This document shows, in pieces, positions 51,146-60,977 of a DNA stretch of 64,000 nt. Numbering within the stretch: position 1 is the stretch's first letter; each line of letters starts with the position of its first letter. The DNA is from Gemmatimonadota bacterium (GTDB lineage Bacteria > Gemmatimonadota > Gemmatimonadetes > Gemmatimonadales > GWC2-71-9): contig JBDHAB010000006.1 in assembly GCA_039588295.1 (NCBI GenBank), positions 1-64,000 of the forward strand, written 5' to 3'. The notes beneath the pieces are model-generated. The model did not search any database. It was given only the letters and a program-made list of their open reading frames with translations, and was not told where the DNA came from. The translations under genes and the position numbers were made by a program.

Positions 51146-52192
51146 ATGTACACCACTTGCATCTACTGTAAGCGTCCGCTCGGAGCCAACGAGGTGATCG
51201 AGTGCTTCCCCGTTGGGCGTCGGTTGGCGTTCGACGTGGAGAAGGGGCGGCTGTGGGTGGTGTGCCGACGATGCGAGCGCTGGAACCTGTCACCACTCGA
51301 AGAACGCTGGGAGGCGTTTGAGGAGTGTGAGCGGCTGTTTCGCTCGACTCGTCTTCGGATGTCCACCGATGAGGTAGGACTGGCGAAGGTCAAGGAAGGG
51401 CTCGAGCTCGTGCGGATTGGGAAGCCGCTCCGACCCGAGTTTGCCGCATGGCGGTACGGTGATCAGTTTGGACGGCGTCGGAGGCGGGCGATGATCTGGA
51501 CCGGGGCGGGTATCGTGGCCGTGGGAGCGGTCACCGCAGGCGGCATCGCTCTTGGAATCGGTGCTGGCTTCGCACCGCAGATTCCCAATCTCATCATGAA
51601 TGTCCCGGTCCGAGCGCGCGTGCGCGCCCCTGACGGTCGGGTTCTCAAATTCCGCAACGCGGACATGCATAAGGCTCGGTTCCTGATGGAGCCGGGGTCG
51701 GACGACTGGGTGATCTCGGTCAAGCACAGCAAGGGGAAGGAGACCTTCATGGGCCCCACCGCCATGCATATCGCGAGTCACCTGCTCCCCGCGTTGAACC
51801 GCATGGCTGGTTCGCGACAAGCCGTTCGCACGGCGGTCGACCGTATCGAAGCCGCGGGCGATCCGGAGCGGTACCTCGAGGGCCTCTCGCACGAGATCGA
51901 CCCAAACAAGCCCGAGCCCGGGTATGGTCGCCCCCTGTTCCCCGGTAAGCCCGGCGTCATCCACAAACTTCCGACACCGACCCGGCTCGCGCTCGAGATG
52001 GCGCTTCATGAGGAACAGGAGCGTCGCGCGTTGGCGGGCGAGCTGATCGAACTCGAGCTGGCGTGGAGAGAAGCGGAGGAGATCGCAGGCATTGCGGATG
52101 ACATGTTCGTTCCCAAGGAGTTCGAGGAGTTCGCTGAGCGGCACCGAGTCACGGCTTGCGACGAAGCACCTGATGATGATGATCGAGGCTGA
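51146..52192 (+). CDS. Hypothetical membrane protein with N-terminal zinc-ribbon
   Basis: CIYC...CRRC motifs; central TM segment; acidic helical C-terminus. Confidence 0.75.
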   Translation: MYTTCIYCKRPLGANEVIECFPVGRRLAFDVEKGRLWVVCRRCERWNLSPLEERWEAFEECERLFRSTRLRMSTDEVGLAKVKEGLELVRIGKPLRPEFAAWRYGDQFGRRRRRAMIWTGAGIVAVGAVTAGGIALGIGAGFAPQIPNLIMNVPVRARVRAPDGRVLKFRNADMHKARFLMEPGSDDWVISVKHSKGKETFMGPTAMHIASHLLPALNRMAGSRQAVRTAVDRIEAAGDPERYLEGLSHEIDPNKPEPGYGRPLFPGKPGVIHKLPTPTRLALEMALHEEQERRALAGELIELELAWREAEEIAGIADDMFVPKEFEEFAERHRVTACDEAPDDDDRG

Positions 52193-52323
52193 CCCACGCG
52201 TCGCGACGGCGGACGGGCTGGCGCGCCCAGGACACTCGAGGATCTTCGCGGGCATCCGGGGTAAGAAACGGACAAGGCGCTGCGTCCGTAGTGCATGTAC
52301 GGATCCTACAAGTGGAGTTTTGG

Positions 52324-54495
52324 GTGGTCGTCAGTCTTCGTAACCGAGTTGGACAGGCTCTGTCGAGCCATTACGACCTCGAGCGCGAGCTCGGTCGCGG
52401 AGGAGCGGCCGTCGTTTACCTGGCACACGACCGCAAGCATCGGCGAGACGTGGCGATCAAGGTCATGCACCCCGAACTCGGAGCGTCCATCGGCGCAGAG
52501 CGCTTCTTGCGCGAGATCGAAATCGCCGCCCAGCTCAGCCACCCCCACATTCTGCCGCTCTACGACTCCGGGGAGCTCAACGGATTCCTGTACTACGTCA
52601 TGCCGTACGTCGCCGGTGAGTCCCTGCGCCAGCGGCTCCACCGGGAGGGAAGGGTCTCGCTCGACGAATCGCTCCGTATCGCCCTGGATGTCGCGGATGC
52701 GCTGACGTACGCGCACGGACGGGGCGTCGTGCACCGGGACATCAAGCCGGAGAACATCCTGCTGGAATCGGGCCATGCCTTGGTGACCGACTTCGGGGTC
52801 GCGCGAGCGATCTCTGCAGCCGGCAAAGACCGAGTAACGCTGCCGGGGATGGCCGTCGGCACCCCAACCTACATGAGCCCTGAGCAAGCCGGCGGTGATG
52901 AGCCCGTGGATGAGCGGGCAGACATCTATGCGCTCGGATGCGTGCTGTTCGAGATGTTGGCCGGCGAGCCGCCCCACTCGGGACCGAACCCACAGGTCAT
53001 TCTCGCTCGGAAGGCCGCCCATCCCGTCCCCAACTTCGGCCATATTCGAGACGCAATCACGGTCTCGCTGGAGCGCGTGCTCCGCAGAGCGCTTGCCTGG
53101 GAGCCGCGGGACCGATTCTCCACGTCGGCTGAGTTTGCCGAGGCCCTCTCCGCTCACGCGGCGAACTCTCCGCCAAATGGGCACGTGGCCGTGGCAACGG
53201 CCACGTCGGTAGCCCGCTCGATCGCCGTGCTGCCGTTTGCGAACATGAGCCCCGATCCGGAAAACGAGTACTTCAGCGACGGCATTGCCGAGGAGATCAC
53301 CAATGCCTTGGCCAAGATTCAGTCGCTGCACGTGGTGTCGCGGACCTCGGCGTTTGCGTACAAGGGGAAGGACCAAGACGTGCGGAGGATTGGTGACGCG
53401 CTCGGCGTGGGAACGGTGCTCGAGGGGAGCGTGCGGAGGGCGGGTCGGCGGCTCCGGATCACCGCCCAGTTGGTGAGCGTCACCGACGGTTATCACCTGT
53501 GGTCCGAACGGTATGACCGGGAAGCGGAGGATGTGTTTGCGATTCAAGATGAAATCGCCCGGAGCATTGCTGATGTGCTCGAACTCATGCTGACCGATGA
53601 GGAGAAGCGTGCTCTCGAGAAGCCTCCGACCGTGAACGTGGAAGCGTACGAGTGCTACCTTCGCGGTCGGTACTTTCTGCATCTGTTTCAGAAAAACACG
53701 GTTCGGCATGGCAGGGATATGTTTGCGCGAGCGATCGAGATCGATCCCAACTATGCCTTGGCGTTCGCCGGATTGGCCGACTGTTGCTCGTTTCTCTACA
53801 TGTACTTCGACGGCAGCGCGCCCATTCTCGAAGAGGCGGATGCCGCGAGCCGTCGGGCACTCGACCTGGACCCCGGCCTCGCCGAAGCCCACGCGGCTCG
53901 GGGCCTGGCCGTGGCACTGCGCCAGCGCTATGCGGAAGCGGAAGCCGAGTTCGAAGAGGCAATCCGCCTCAACTCGGCGTTGTTCGAAGCCTTCTACTTC
54001 TATGCGCGGACCTGCTTTCAGCAGGGGAAGCTCGAGTCCGCCGTCGAGTTGTTCGAGAAGGCCTGTGAAGTCCATGACGACTATCAGGCCCGACTGCTCG
54101 CCGCCCTGAGCTACGCCGGTCTCGGGCGGGCCGACGATGCGCGAGCAGCCTACCAGCGGGCGCTCCGCGCCACCGAACGACATCTCGAGCTCTCACCCGG
54201 TGACTGCCGTGCGCTGACACTCGGGGCGGGGTGCCTGGCTCGACTTGGCCGTGAGCGCGAAGCGATCGAGTGGTGTGATCGCGCGCTCGGCATCGATCCG
54301 GATGACCCCGTGGTGGTCTACGCGGTTGCATGTGTAGACGCCGTGCTCGGACGGACCGACGTGGCGCTCGACCGACTGGAGCAGGCCATCCACGGTGGAT
54401 TCGGGAACAAGAAGTGGATCCAGAACGACCCGGATTTTGCCACCGTCCGCGAGCACCCCCGCTTCCAGGAACTCGTGGCCGTAAGCCCGGACTAG
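52324..54495 (+). CDS. Hanks-type Ser/Thr kinase with TolB-like domain and TPR repeats
   Basis: LGRGG, VAIK, HRDIKPEN, DFG, GTPTYMSPE; SIAVLPFANMS..EYFSDG; TPRs. Confidence 0.93.
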   Translation: MVVSLRNRVGQALSSHYDLERELGRGGAAVVYLAHDRKHRRDVAIKVMHPELGASIGAERFLREIEIAAQLSHPHILPLYDSGELNGFLYYVMPYVAGESLRQRLHREGRVSLDESLRIALDVADALTYAHGRGVVHRDIKPENILLESGHALVTDFGVARAISAAGKDRVTLPGMAVGTPTYMSPEQAGGDEPVDERADIYALGCVLFEMLAGEPPHSGPNPQVILARKAAHPVPNFGHIRDAITVSLERVLRRALAWEPRDRFSTSAEFAEALSAHAANSPPNGHVAVATATSVARSIAVLPFANMSPDPENEYFSDGIAEEITNALAKIQSLHVVSRTSAFAYKGKDQDVRRIGDALGVGTVLEGSVRRAGRRLRITAQLVSVTDGYHLWSERYDREAEDVFAIQDEIARSIADVLELMLTDEEKRALEKPPTVNVEAYECYLRGRYFLHLFQKNTVRHGRDMFARAIEIDPNYALAFAGLADCCSFLYMYFDGSAPILEEADAASRRALDLDPGLAEAHAARGLAVALRQRYAEAEAEFEEAIRLNSALFEAFYFYARTCFQQGKLESAVELFEKACEVHDDYQARLLAALSYAGLGRADDARAAYQRALRATERHLELSPGDCRALTLGAGCLARLGREREAIEWCDRALGIDPDDPVVVYAVACVDAVLGRTDVALDRLEQAIHGGFGNKKWIQNDPDFATVREHPRFQELVAVSPD

Positions 54496-54587
54496 CCGCC
54501 GAGCCGCGCACCCCCTATCCTACATATCAGACAGTTCTCGTCACTTTTCCCTGTCCGTTCAGGACCCTTATCGTCGGGAGACAATCG

Positions 54588-55061
54588 ATGACACCACATC
54601 GGTGGAAGATGCTCCTCGGAGGGGCGGCTGTCGTAGCCGTCACCTCGGTCGGGTTGGCGGCGACCCAGTCGTCCCAAGCGAGGGCGGAAGCGACGGTCAC
54701 CGTCTACAAGACTCCCACTTGAGGGTGCTGCAACCAGTGGGTCGTGCACCTGCAAGAGAATGGGTTCGACGTGGAGACCGTGGAAGTGGATGGCCTGGCC
54801 CAGGTCAAGGCCGAACACGGCGTGCCACAGGCGCTGGAGGGATGTCACACTGCCGTGGCCGATGGATACGTGATCGAGGGTCATGTGCCGGCCGACGTGG
54901 TTCGGAAGTTGCTCAAGGAGCGACCCGAAATCGCGGGCGTGGCGGTACCGGGCATGCCGATTGGCTCTCCGGGCATGGAGGTGCCGGGCAGGACGCCTGA
55001 GCGGTACGACGTGGTGGCCTTCGCCAAGGATGGCAAGACAACGGTCTACGCACGCCGATAG
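54588..55061 (+). CDS. CopG/DUF411 family periplasmic copper protein with in-frame TGA (putative selenocysteine at codon 45)
   Basis: RBS GGGAGA, ATG 54588, signal peptide, VYKTPT-TGA(54720-54722)-GCCNQWVVHL continues in frame to GCHTA..IEGHVP..VPGMPIGSPGME. Confidence 0.8.
54723..54751 (+). promoter_or_regulatory. Candidate bacterial SECIS element
   Basis: GGTGC(54724-28)/GCACC(54746-50) lower stem, ACC/GGT upper stem, AGTG apical loop with G in position 2, directly 3' of the TGA. Confidence 0.55.
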
Positions 55062-55161
55062 ACGTACGGACAATCAAAGGTGGAGGACAAGCGGAGCCCC
55101 AACCCGGACCAGCGGGGGGGCTCCGAAGGTTCATGGGCGGGCGTTGAAAGTCGCAGACCCT

Positions 55162-55947
55162 GTGGTGACGGCGGGTCCGCACCGGTGGCTGTTGCCACGC
55201 GAGCACGGCGCGTATGCGGAACTGTTGTTCCCCGTGGTGACGGGCTGGGCGAGTCGTTCACCCGACGTGGCAACCGTGCTCTTCACGGTGGCTGTGGTTG
55301 CGGGCTTCCTTTCCTATGAGCCGCTGATGGTTCTACGAGGAGTCCGGGGACGCCGGCTGCAGGACGCACTCGGTGAGACGGCCCACACGCAGTTGCTCCT
55401 GTTCCTCTCCGTCGGCACGGTGACCGGCGTGCTGGCAGTTGCCCTGACCGGGACCGCCACCCAAGTGGCAGCGCTCGTTCCGGCGGCCTGTGCGGTTGCC
55501 CTGCTTCCGTGGCTGTACCGCCACCGACTGAAGACCCTGGCGGCGGAGATCCTCGTGGTAGCGGCGTTCTCGGCGACGGTCTTGCCGCTGGCGGTCAGGG
55601 AGGCCGCCGATTGGCGGTTCGCCTGGACGGCCGCTGCCGTGTGGTGCGGCAGCTTCACTCTGGGCACGCTGGCGGTCCATGCGATCAAAGTGCGCCACAA
55701 GCAGACGGTAGGCGTGCGATGGTCGCGCCCGGCGGCACCCGCGCTCGCCCTTGTTGCGGTCGGGATCGGAGTCGTGGGACCCGTGCTGGGAGCGATTCCT
55801 GTGACTACGGGCGTGGCGCTGGTCGTGCCGGCCGTACTCGCGGGCCTGTTCAGCGTCCTGCCTGTACATCCACGGCGCTTAAAGAGAGTGGGGTGGTCGT
55901 TGGTTGTGGCGAACGTCATCACGCTGGTACTGCTGCTCCTCAGGTAG
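55162..55947 (+). CDS. YwiC-like membrane protein
   Basis: LPREHGAY N-terminal motif, multiple TMs, C-terminal LKRVGW; start uncertain. Confidence 0.8.
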   Translation: MVTAGPHRWLLPREHGAYAELLFPVVTGWASRSPDVATVLFTVAVVAGFLSYEPLMVLRGVRGRRLQDALGETAHTQLLLFLSVGTVTGVLAVALTGTATQVAALVPAACAVALLPWLYRHRLKTLAAEILVVAAFSATVLPLAVREAADWRFAWTAAAVWCGSFTLGTLAVHAIKVRHKQTVGVRWSRPAAPALALVAVGIGVVGPVLGAIPVTTGVALVVPAVLAGLFSVLPVHPRRLKRVGWSLVVANVITLVLLLLR

Positions 55948-56250
55948 GCCGAGTGCGCCGACTGGGGCTTTCCGTATGGCCGAGATCGTACGCCGATGGA
56001 TCTGACCATTCCCGATGCCGCGCTGTCGGAGTTGGCGGCAGCGTTCTTTCAAGCGACGATCACGCTCGGGTTGGTGCTCCTGTGCGCGTGGGCCGTAGCG
56101 ACGCGTGCGTTACGGATGAATCGCGGTTCGGCTGGGGGGGATCGTGGTATCCCGGTCTGCCATTGCGGGACGGGTGCCCATGACCCACCTTTCGCGGTCG
56201 CGGCGCCCGTGTGGGCGCCGACGCAGCGACTGTATTATGGGAGGATGCTC

Positions 56251-56787
56251 ATGCGGTACCTGTTGACTCTCGCGCTCCTGACCGTGCCCGCGGGTCTCGT
56301 GGCCCAAGAGGCTGGTAAACCGATGCCGCCGCACTATCGCGAAGTGCAGGTGCGGATGCTCGAGCTCCAACGGGACATGCTGTTGGCGATGGCGGACTCG
56401 ATGCCGGAGTCCTTGTATCGCGAAGCCGCAACGCCGGCCCAACGAGACTTTGCCCAGCAGCTCCATCACGCCGCATCGACGATCGTGTTCATCGGCGCGC
56501 GGTTCGCAGGTGCCACGCCGCCGGCCCTGCCGGACACGGCGACCGTGCTCAACGGTCGCGAAGGTATGCGCGGGTATATCAACGCCGTCTATGATTTCGG
56601 CGTCCAGGCGCTCAAGGATCAGTCGGATGAGGCTCGCGCGACCGTTGTGTCGTTCTTTGGGGGTCAGCAAATTCCCAACTGGCAGGTCTGGGATGAGATC
56701 CACCAGCACACGATTTGGACGGCCGGGCAGTGCGTCGCCAACTTCCGCAAGCACGGCATGGCACCGCCAGGATTCGGGTTCTTCTAG
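56251..56787 (+). CDS. Secreted DinB family protein
   Basis: GGGAGG RBS; signal peptide; ADSMPESLY..TPAQRDFAQQLHH, H....GQ, GMAPP. Confidence 0.8.
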   Translation: MRYLLTLALLTVPAGLVAQEAGKPMPPHYREVQVRMLELQRDMLLAMADSMPESLYREAATPAQRDFAQQLHHAASTIVFIGARFAGATPPALPDTATVLNGREGMRGYINAVYDFGVQALKDQSDEARATVVSFFGGQQIPNWQVWDEIHQHTIWTAGQCVANFRKHGMAPPGFGFF

Positions 56788-56853
56788 CGCCCGAAGAGCG
56801 CTTCTCGGTTGTTGGAGGGTCGGAACCGACTGTAACGATTTGGAGGGAGTACG

Positions 56854-57102
56854 ATGGGTGATCCTATCTCACTCGATCACTTTGTGACCAAGATGGAAGG
56901 GCTCAACGATGAGATGCGGGGCGGCCAACTCAAGCACGGGGAGTACGACCAACGCTTGGCGCGCATCATCGGTGAGCTGCGGGACCGGAAGATTGATGCA
57001 GACCGATCGGACATCAACACGGCGATCGACGGCCTTCTGGGCCGCGGTGTGATCACGCCGGCTGTGAAGGAACACCTCCTCAGCCGCCTCGGTCTCGAAT
57101 GA
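56854..57102 (+). CDS. Small hypothetical protein
   Basis: GGAGGGAG RBS; 82-aa helical ORF followed by a strong hairpin. Confidence 0.7.
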   Translation: MGDPISLDHFVTKMEGLNDEMRGGQLKHGEYDQRLARIIGELRDRKIDADRSDINTAIDGLLGRGVITPAVKEHLLSRLGLE

Positions 57103-57105
57103 TCC

Positions 57106-57140
57106 AATGGGCGCCCGGCCGCTTCGGCCGGGTGCCCGTT
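57106..57140. terminator. Hairpin between convergent genes (probable bidirectional terminator)
   Basis: AATGGGCGCCCGGCCG-CTT-CGGCCGGGTGCCCGTT, 16-bp stem with G-U pairs. Confidence 0.65.
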
Positions 57141-57159
57141 ACCCGCGCTGGTCGACCGC

Positions 57160-57978
57160 CTATCGCACCGTGCGAAACCAGGCCCAACCGGCGAGACCGG
57201 GCCCCAAGATCCAGAATCCCAGAGAGAGCATCGCGACGGCAACCGTCCCGATGATCCCGATTCGCTGTACAATACCGGCGCCGATGGGCCCGAGCAGGCT
57301 AAGGTCCGTGTCGAGCGTCGCAATGACACCCACGCGAAATGCTTCCACCGGATTCACGAAGGTCCATGCCACCAGGGAGGCCTCCGGCAAACCCAGGCGA
57401 ATGAATGCCGTGATGATCCCGAGGGAACCGAACGCCACCAGTACGAGCCACAAGACGATGCCCACGGTCGTTGCACGAGCCCGCGTTCGGGCAATCGTGG
57501 AGAGACACATGCCGACTGCGACGAATGCGAGGGCGAGAAGGGCGACAAAGACGAAGAGGGCCATCACCCAATGGGGAGGGACACCGCGCAGCACCGCTAC
57601 CCCACCGGCGGTACCGAAGCCGATCGTGAGCGACAGAAGCACGGCCACGCTCATGCCGGCCCACTTGCCCGCGTAGATCTCGCCAAAGGTCACCGGCTGA
57701 GCGAGGAAGTACTCGAGGGCTCCGGACTCGCGATCCTCGGTGATGGCGGCGGCGGCTGGAAACAAGGCCATGAGCGGTACGAACAGCAGGGCGATGTGGA
57801 TCATTCCCGCGAAGGCTTTGGCGAAGCTGCGGTAGCCGACGATCGCAGTTGTCCCGGCTCCCAGCGTCACCAGCAGCAGTCCGCCGATGAAGAAGATCAC
57901 GGAGTAAGCAAGGAACCAGCGGGCACGGAGTGACCCCGTGAGTTCCCGCCGCACCCAGAGCAAGAGGCGTGGCATCAC
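57160..57978 (-). CDS. nosY: NosY ABC transporter permease
   Basis: EDRESGALEYFLAQPV..GK, NPVEAFR; position after nosF. Confidence 0.88.
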   Translation of the reverse strand: MMPRLLLWVRRELTGSLRARWFLAYSVIFFIGGLLLVTLGAGTTAIVGYRSFAKAFAGMIHIALLFVPLMALFPAAAAITEDRESGALEYFLAQPVTFGEIYAGKWAGMSVAVLLSLTIGFGTAGGVAVLRGVPPHWVMALFVFVALLALAFVAVGMCLSTIARTRARATTVGIVLWLVLVAFGSLGIITAFIRLGLPEASLVAWTFVNPVEAFRVGVIATLDTDLSLLGPIGAGIVQRIGIIGTVAVAMLSLGFWILGPGLAGWAWFRTVR

Positions 57979-58922
57979 GGTTCCGTCAGCCCGTTGGTCA
58001 CCGCGGTACCGTGTGTGCTGCTGTCCTCCCCGAGCACGTGCTCCAGGATCTCGTGCAGGGAAGGGCTGTCTACCCAGAAGTCTTCCACTGGAATCCCAGC
58101 CTCACGGAGCCCCACGAGGATACCTATTCGAGCCGTCTGATCGACTCTGACACCCACGGCCGTTCCGTTTGCGAGGACTGGCGGCAACTGGCGTCGCGAG
58201 TGTAACCACGCCTCGGCGTGTGAACGACGATCCGCCGGCACCTTGATCCAGAGAACCGAAAGAGCGCCTAAGCGTTCGCGCAGGTCGGTCCGATCACCGT
58301 CGAACACGATGCGTCCTTGATGCAGCACCAGCAGGCGATCGGTGACCGCCTCCACGTCTGCCAGACGGTGCGACGCGAGCATGATCGTGGTTTGCGGGTC
58401 GGCGTTCGCGACAACTCGGAGGAACTCGCGCCGGGCTCGTGGGTCGAGGTTCGCCGTCGGCTCGTCCAGGAGTAGCAGCGGGTTTCGCTCTCCAAGCGCG
58501 AGTGCCAGGAGCACCTTCTGGAGCATACCACCCGAGATCGTGTGCAACGCTTTGTGTCCGTGATCGTCCATGGAGAGTCCCAGCGCCGCGAGCTTCTCGT
58601 GCACCATCGCGCTGTCAGCCTGTCGGAGGCGCGTGAGAAACTCGACCACCTCCCCGAGCGTACCGCTGAAGTGGGGTGCTCGTTGGGGCACGTACCCGAT
58701 GAGCGCACGGGCGTCTCGACTGGCGGATCGCACGTTTCGGTCACCAACCCACAACTCGCCGCGGAATGGGACGAGGCCAAGCAGGCAGCGCAGGAGCGTC
58801 GTCTTGCCGGCGCCATTGAGGCCAAGGAGCGCGATCCGCTCGCCCGGTTGCACGGTGAAGTCGAGGTCCTGGAGTACCCAGTGACGGCCGAGCTGCGTCG
58901 CGAGCCCCGTCGCCCGTATCAT
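57975..58922 (-). CDS. nosF: NosF ABC transporter ATP-binding protein
   Basis: GLNGAGKTT, SGGMLQK, LLLDEPTANLD; lies between nosD and nosY. Confidence 0.88.
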   Translation of the reverse strand: MIRATGLATQLGRHWVLQDLDFTVQPGERIALLGLNGAGKTTLLRCLLGLVPFRGELWVGDRNVRSASRDARALIGYVPQRAPHFSGTLGEVVEFLTRLRQADSAMVHEKLAALGLSMDDHGHKALHTISGGMLQKVLLALALGERNPLLLLDEPTANLDPRARREFLRVVANADPQTTIMLASHRLADVEAVTDRLLVLHQGRIVFDGDRTDLRERLGALSVLWIKVPADRRSHAEAWLHSRRQLPPVLANGTAVGVRVDQTARIGILVGLREAGIPVEDFWVDSPSLHEILEHVLGEDSSTHGTAVTNGLTEP

Positions 58923-60262
58923 CGATGACCCGCCGCGGATCGTTTGAGGTACGGGACGATCGCGCTGGCAATCACGGCGGCGGCAAAGAAGCCGGCCGCG
59001 GCGGGCAGCGACGACTTCTGCTCGCTGGGGCCGCCCGACCGGGTCGTGGCCACGAGTCTTGGCAGGGAGTCGACGACCACAGGCTCGGGTGCAAGTAGGG
59101 GAAACACGCGCCCCAGGAGATTAAGGGCGGTGGTGGCTAGAGACAGGTTGTAGAGTCGCAGACCCTGGTGTTTCGCAAACAGGTCGTCGGAGAGCCGCTC
59201 ATACACGAACGGCATGTCGCCATGCCCGTCTCCGTCGGCATCGAACCCCACGTAGTCGCTCCAGTAGTTCTCAAGCCAACGATTGCGGAGTGCGGTGCCG
59301 CCACCTGCCACGGCCACGGGTTGCACGTTGTCAATGAACTGGTTTGCGCGGAAGACGTTTCCGTGCACCGAAGGAAGCATTGCCACCGCGACATCGTTGT
59401 ACGCCACGACGTTGTCTTCGAACTGGTTGCTGGCCCGCTCGGACGACGGGGAGTTGTCCAGCGAGATCCCCACGGCGTTCTTGATCATGAAGTTCCCAAC
59501 CGCTCGGATATCATCGGAGTCCTTGAAGCCGATGCCGCGTCCAGTCGTGCCTTTCGCATGGGCGAACACATTCCCCCGGAAGGTGATGCCCCGCGAGTAC
59601 ATGATGAACGCGCCGACGCGATTGCCGTGAAACGCGTTGTCTTCAAACACATTGTGATCGCTGTACATGTAGTGCAGACCGTAGCGACTGTCCTGCACCT
59701 GGTTGCCCCGGATCAGCGTACTATCCGAAAACCAGATCACCAGGTCGCGGACGCGGTCCAAGCGATTGTCAGTGACCGTGCCGTTGTGGCTGTACCAGAA
59801 GTGGATCCCGTCACCGCGCAGCGGGAGCGCCAGGTTCTTTCCCTCGATGCTGTTTCGGCGGACGATCGCATTGTGGCACTGCTTGAGATAGATCCCGAAC
59901 AGCACATCCTCGAATTGGTTGTCCTCGATGCGCACGGCATCGGCCCCGTCCGCGATGATTCCGGAATCTTCCCGAGATTGATCGCTACCTGACCCACGAA
60001 TCACGAACCCACGGACCGTCGCCGATGCGCGGATCACGATGACGCTGCCTCGCCCATCTCCTTCGATCACGGTCCCGGGCTCGCCCACGAGCACCACGGG
60101 GCGGTCCAGCAGGAGGTGTTCGTGATACGTGCCGGCTGTGACGACGATGGTGTCGCCCGGCGCCGCTGCTTGCAGTGCATCCCGAATGGTGGCGTGGTCG
60201 CCCTGCGGGCCAACCGTGAGTTGTGAGGCCTGAAGTGCCAGGAGAGCAGCGTAGACGATCAC
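58919..60262 (-). CDS. nosD: Nitrous oxide reductase maturation protein NosD
   Basis: RGDGIHFWYS, SRYGLHYMYS, VGAFIMYS, NYWSDYVGFDADGDGHGD. Confidence 0.93.
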   Translation of the reverse strand: MIVYAALLALQASQLTVGPQGDHATIRDALQAAAPGDTIVVTAGTYHEHLLLDRPVVLVGEPGTVIEGDGRGSVIVIRASATVRGFVIRGSGSDQSREDSGIIADGADAVRIEDNQFEDVLFGIYLKQCHNAIVRRNSIEGKNLALPLRGDGIHFWYSHNGTVTDNRLDRVRDLVIWFSDSTLIRGNQVQDSRYGLHYMYSDHNVFEDNAFHGNRVGAFIMYSRGITFRGNVFAHAKGTTGRGIGFKDSDDIRAVGNFMIKNAVGISLDNSPSSERASNQFEDNVVAYNDVAVAMLPSVHGNVFRANQFIDNVQPVAVAGGGTALRNRWLENYWSDYVGFDADGDGHGDMPFVYERLSDDLFAKHQGLRLYNLSLATTALNLLGRVFPLLAPEPVVVDSLPRLVATTRSGGPSEQKSSLPAAAGFFAAAVIASAIVPYLKRSAAGHR

Positions 60263-60263
60263 G

Positions 60264-60875
60264 TTACGCCGTCTTCTTGAACCGCCGCCACTCAAGGAAC
60301 ACGACCACCGGGCCGATCAGTCCGGCGATGCCCATGAGGATCGCTCCCAACGCAGGCCAGCTCGAGACGGAGAACTGCCCGACGGCGGTCGGTCCGATGA
60401 AGTGCGGGGTGAACGGGTCGATCTTGAGCGGGGCCGTGGGAGAGAGGTCGTGGCCGTACTCGTACAGCCAGTGTTGCAGAGTGTACAGCATGACCGCACC
60501 GAACAGGACGAAGTCCATCCAGCCGAGTGCGGCGATCGGCATCCGGCCGATCAGCGCCGTGAGGAGCGCGAACGCGAAGAACCGCAGAATGAAGAATGGG
60601 ATGAAGCGAAACTCCGGAAACTCGTCGGCATCGATCTCCTTCATCCCGATGTAGTGATTGAGCAAGTTCACTTCGGAGACATCGCCCTCGACGGTAGTCG
60701 GGTGAATCATGACCGCGAGCCCATCCGGGTACTGCGGGGCGCGCAACGTGATCCGCCATGTCGGGAGGAATGCAGCGGGGAGAATCGCGAGCGTTGCCGC
60801 GACGATCAACACACGGCTCGTATATGACAGTTGAGTTTGAAAGAACGTCGTGATCTTGTCCATGGATTCCATCAT
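60264..60875 (-). CDS. nosB: NosB-like membrane protein of clade II nos clusters
   Basis: WRITLRAPQYPDGL, NLLNHYIGMK, WLYEYGHDL..AP; GAGGAG RBS. Confidence 0.85.
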   Translation of the reverse strand: MMESMDKITTFFQTQLSYTSRVLIVAATLAILPAAFLPTWRITLRAPQYPDGLAVMIHPTTVEGDVSEVNLLNHYIGMKEIDADEFPEFRFIPFFILRFFAFALLTALIGRMPIAALGWMDFVLFGAVMLYTLQHWLYEYGHDLSPTAPLKIDPFTPHFIGPTAVGQFSVSSWPALGAILMGIAGLIGPVVVFLEWRRFKKTA

Positions 60876-60911
60876 CGAGATTCTCCTCATTGGAGCGGCG
60901 GGGCCCCAGTG

Positions 60912-60955
60912 CCCCTCCACCCACCGTGCGGGAGGGCGGATCGTGGGTGGAGGGG
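60912..60955 (-). promoter_or_regulatory. Intercistronic 13-bp stem-loop between nosZ and nosB
   Basis: CCCCTCCACCCAC (60912-60924) / GTGGGTGGAGGGG (60943-60955). Confidence 0.6.
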
Positions 60956-60977
60956 TGTGTGTCGAGCTACGAGGTCG

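Noticed and set aside
52306..54183. Long antisense ORFs (625 aa here; also 161-1318, 17631-18965, 24259-25587, 49817-51085)
   Set aside because: They shadow well-supported genes on the opposite strand, as is common in high-GC DNA, and have no recognisable motifs
54330..54722. Two separate ORFs (54330-54722 and 54744-55061) or a pseudogene
   Set aside because: They are in the same frame and join into one intact DUF411 protein with the stop exactly at a conserved Cys; readthrough explains this better, pending a check for Sec machinery
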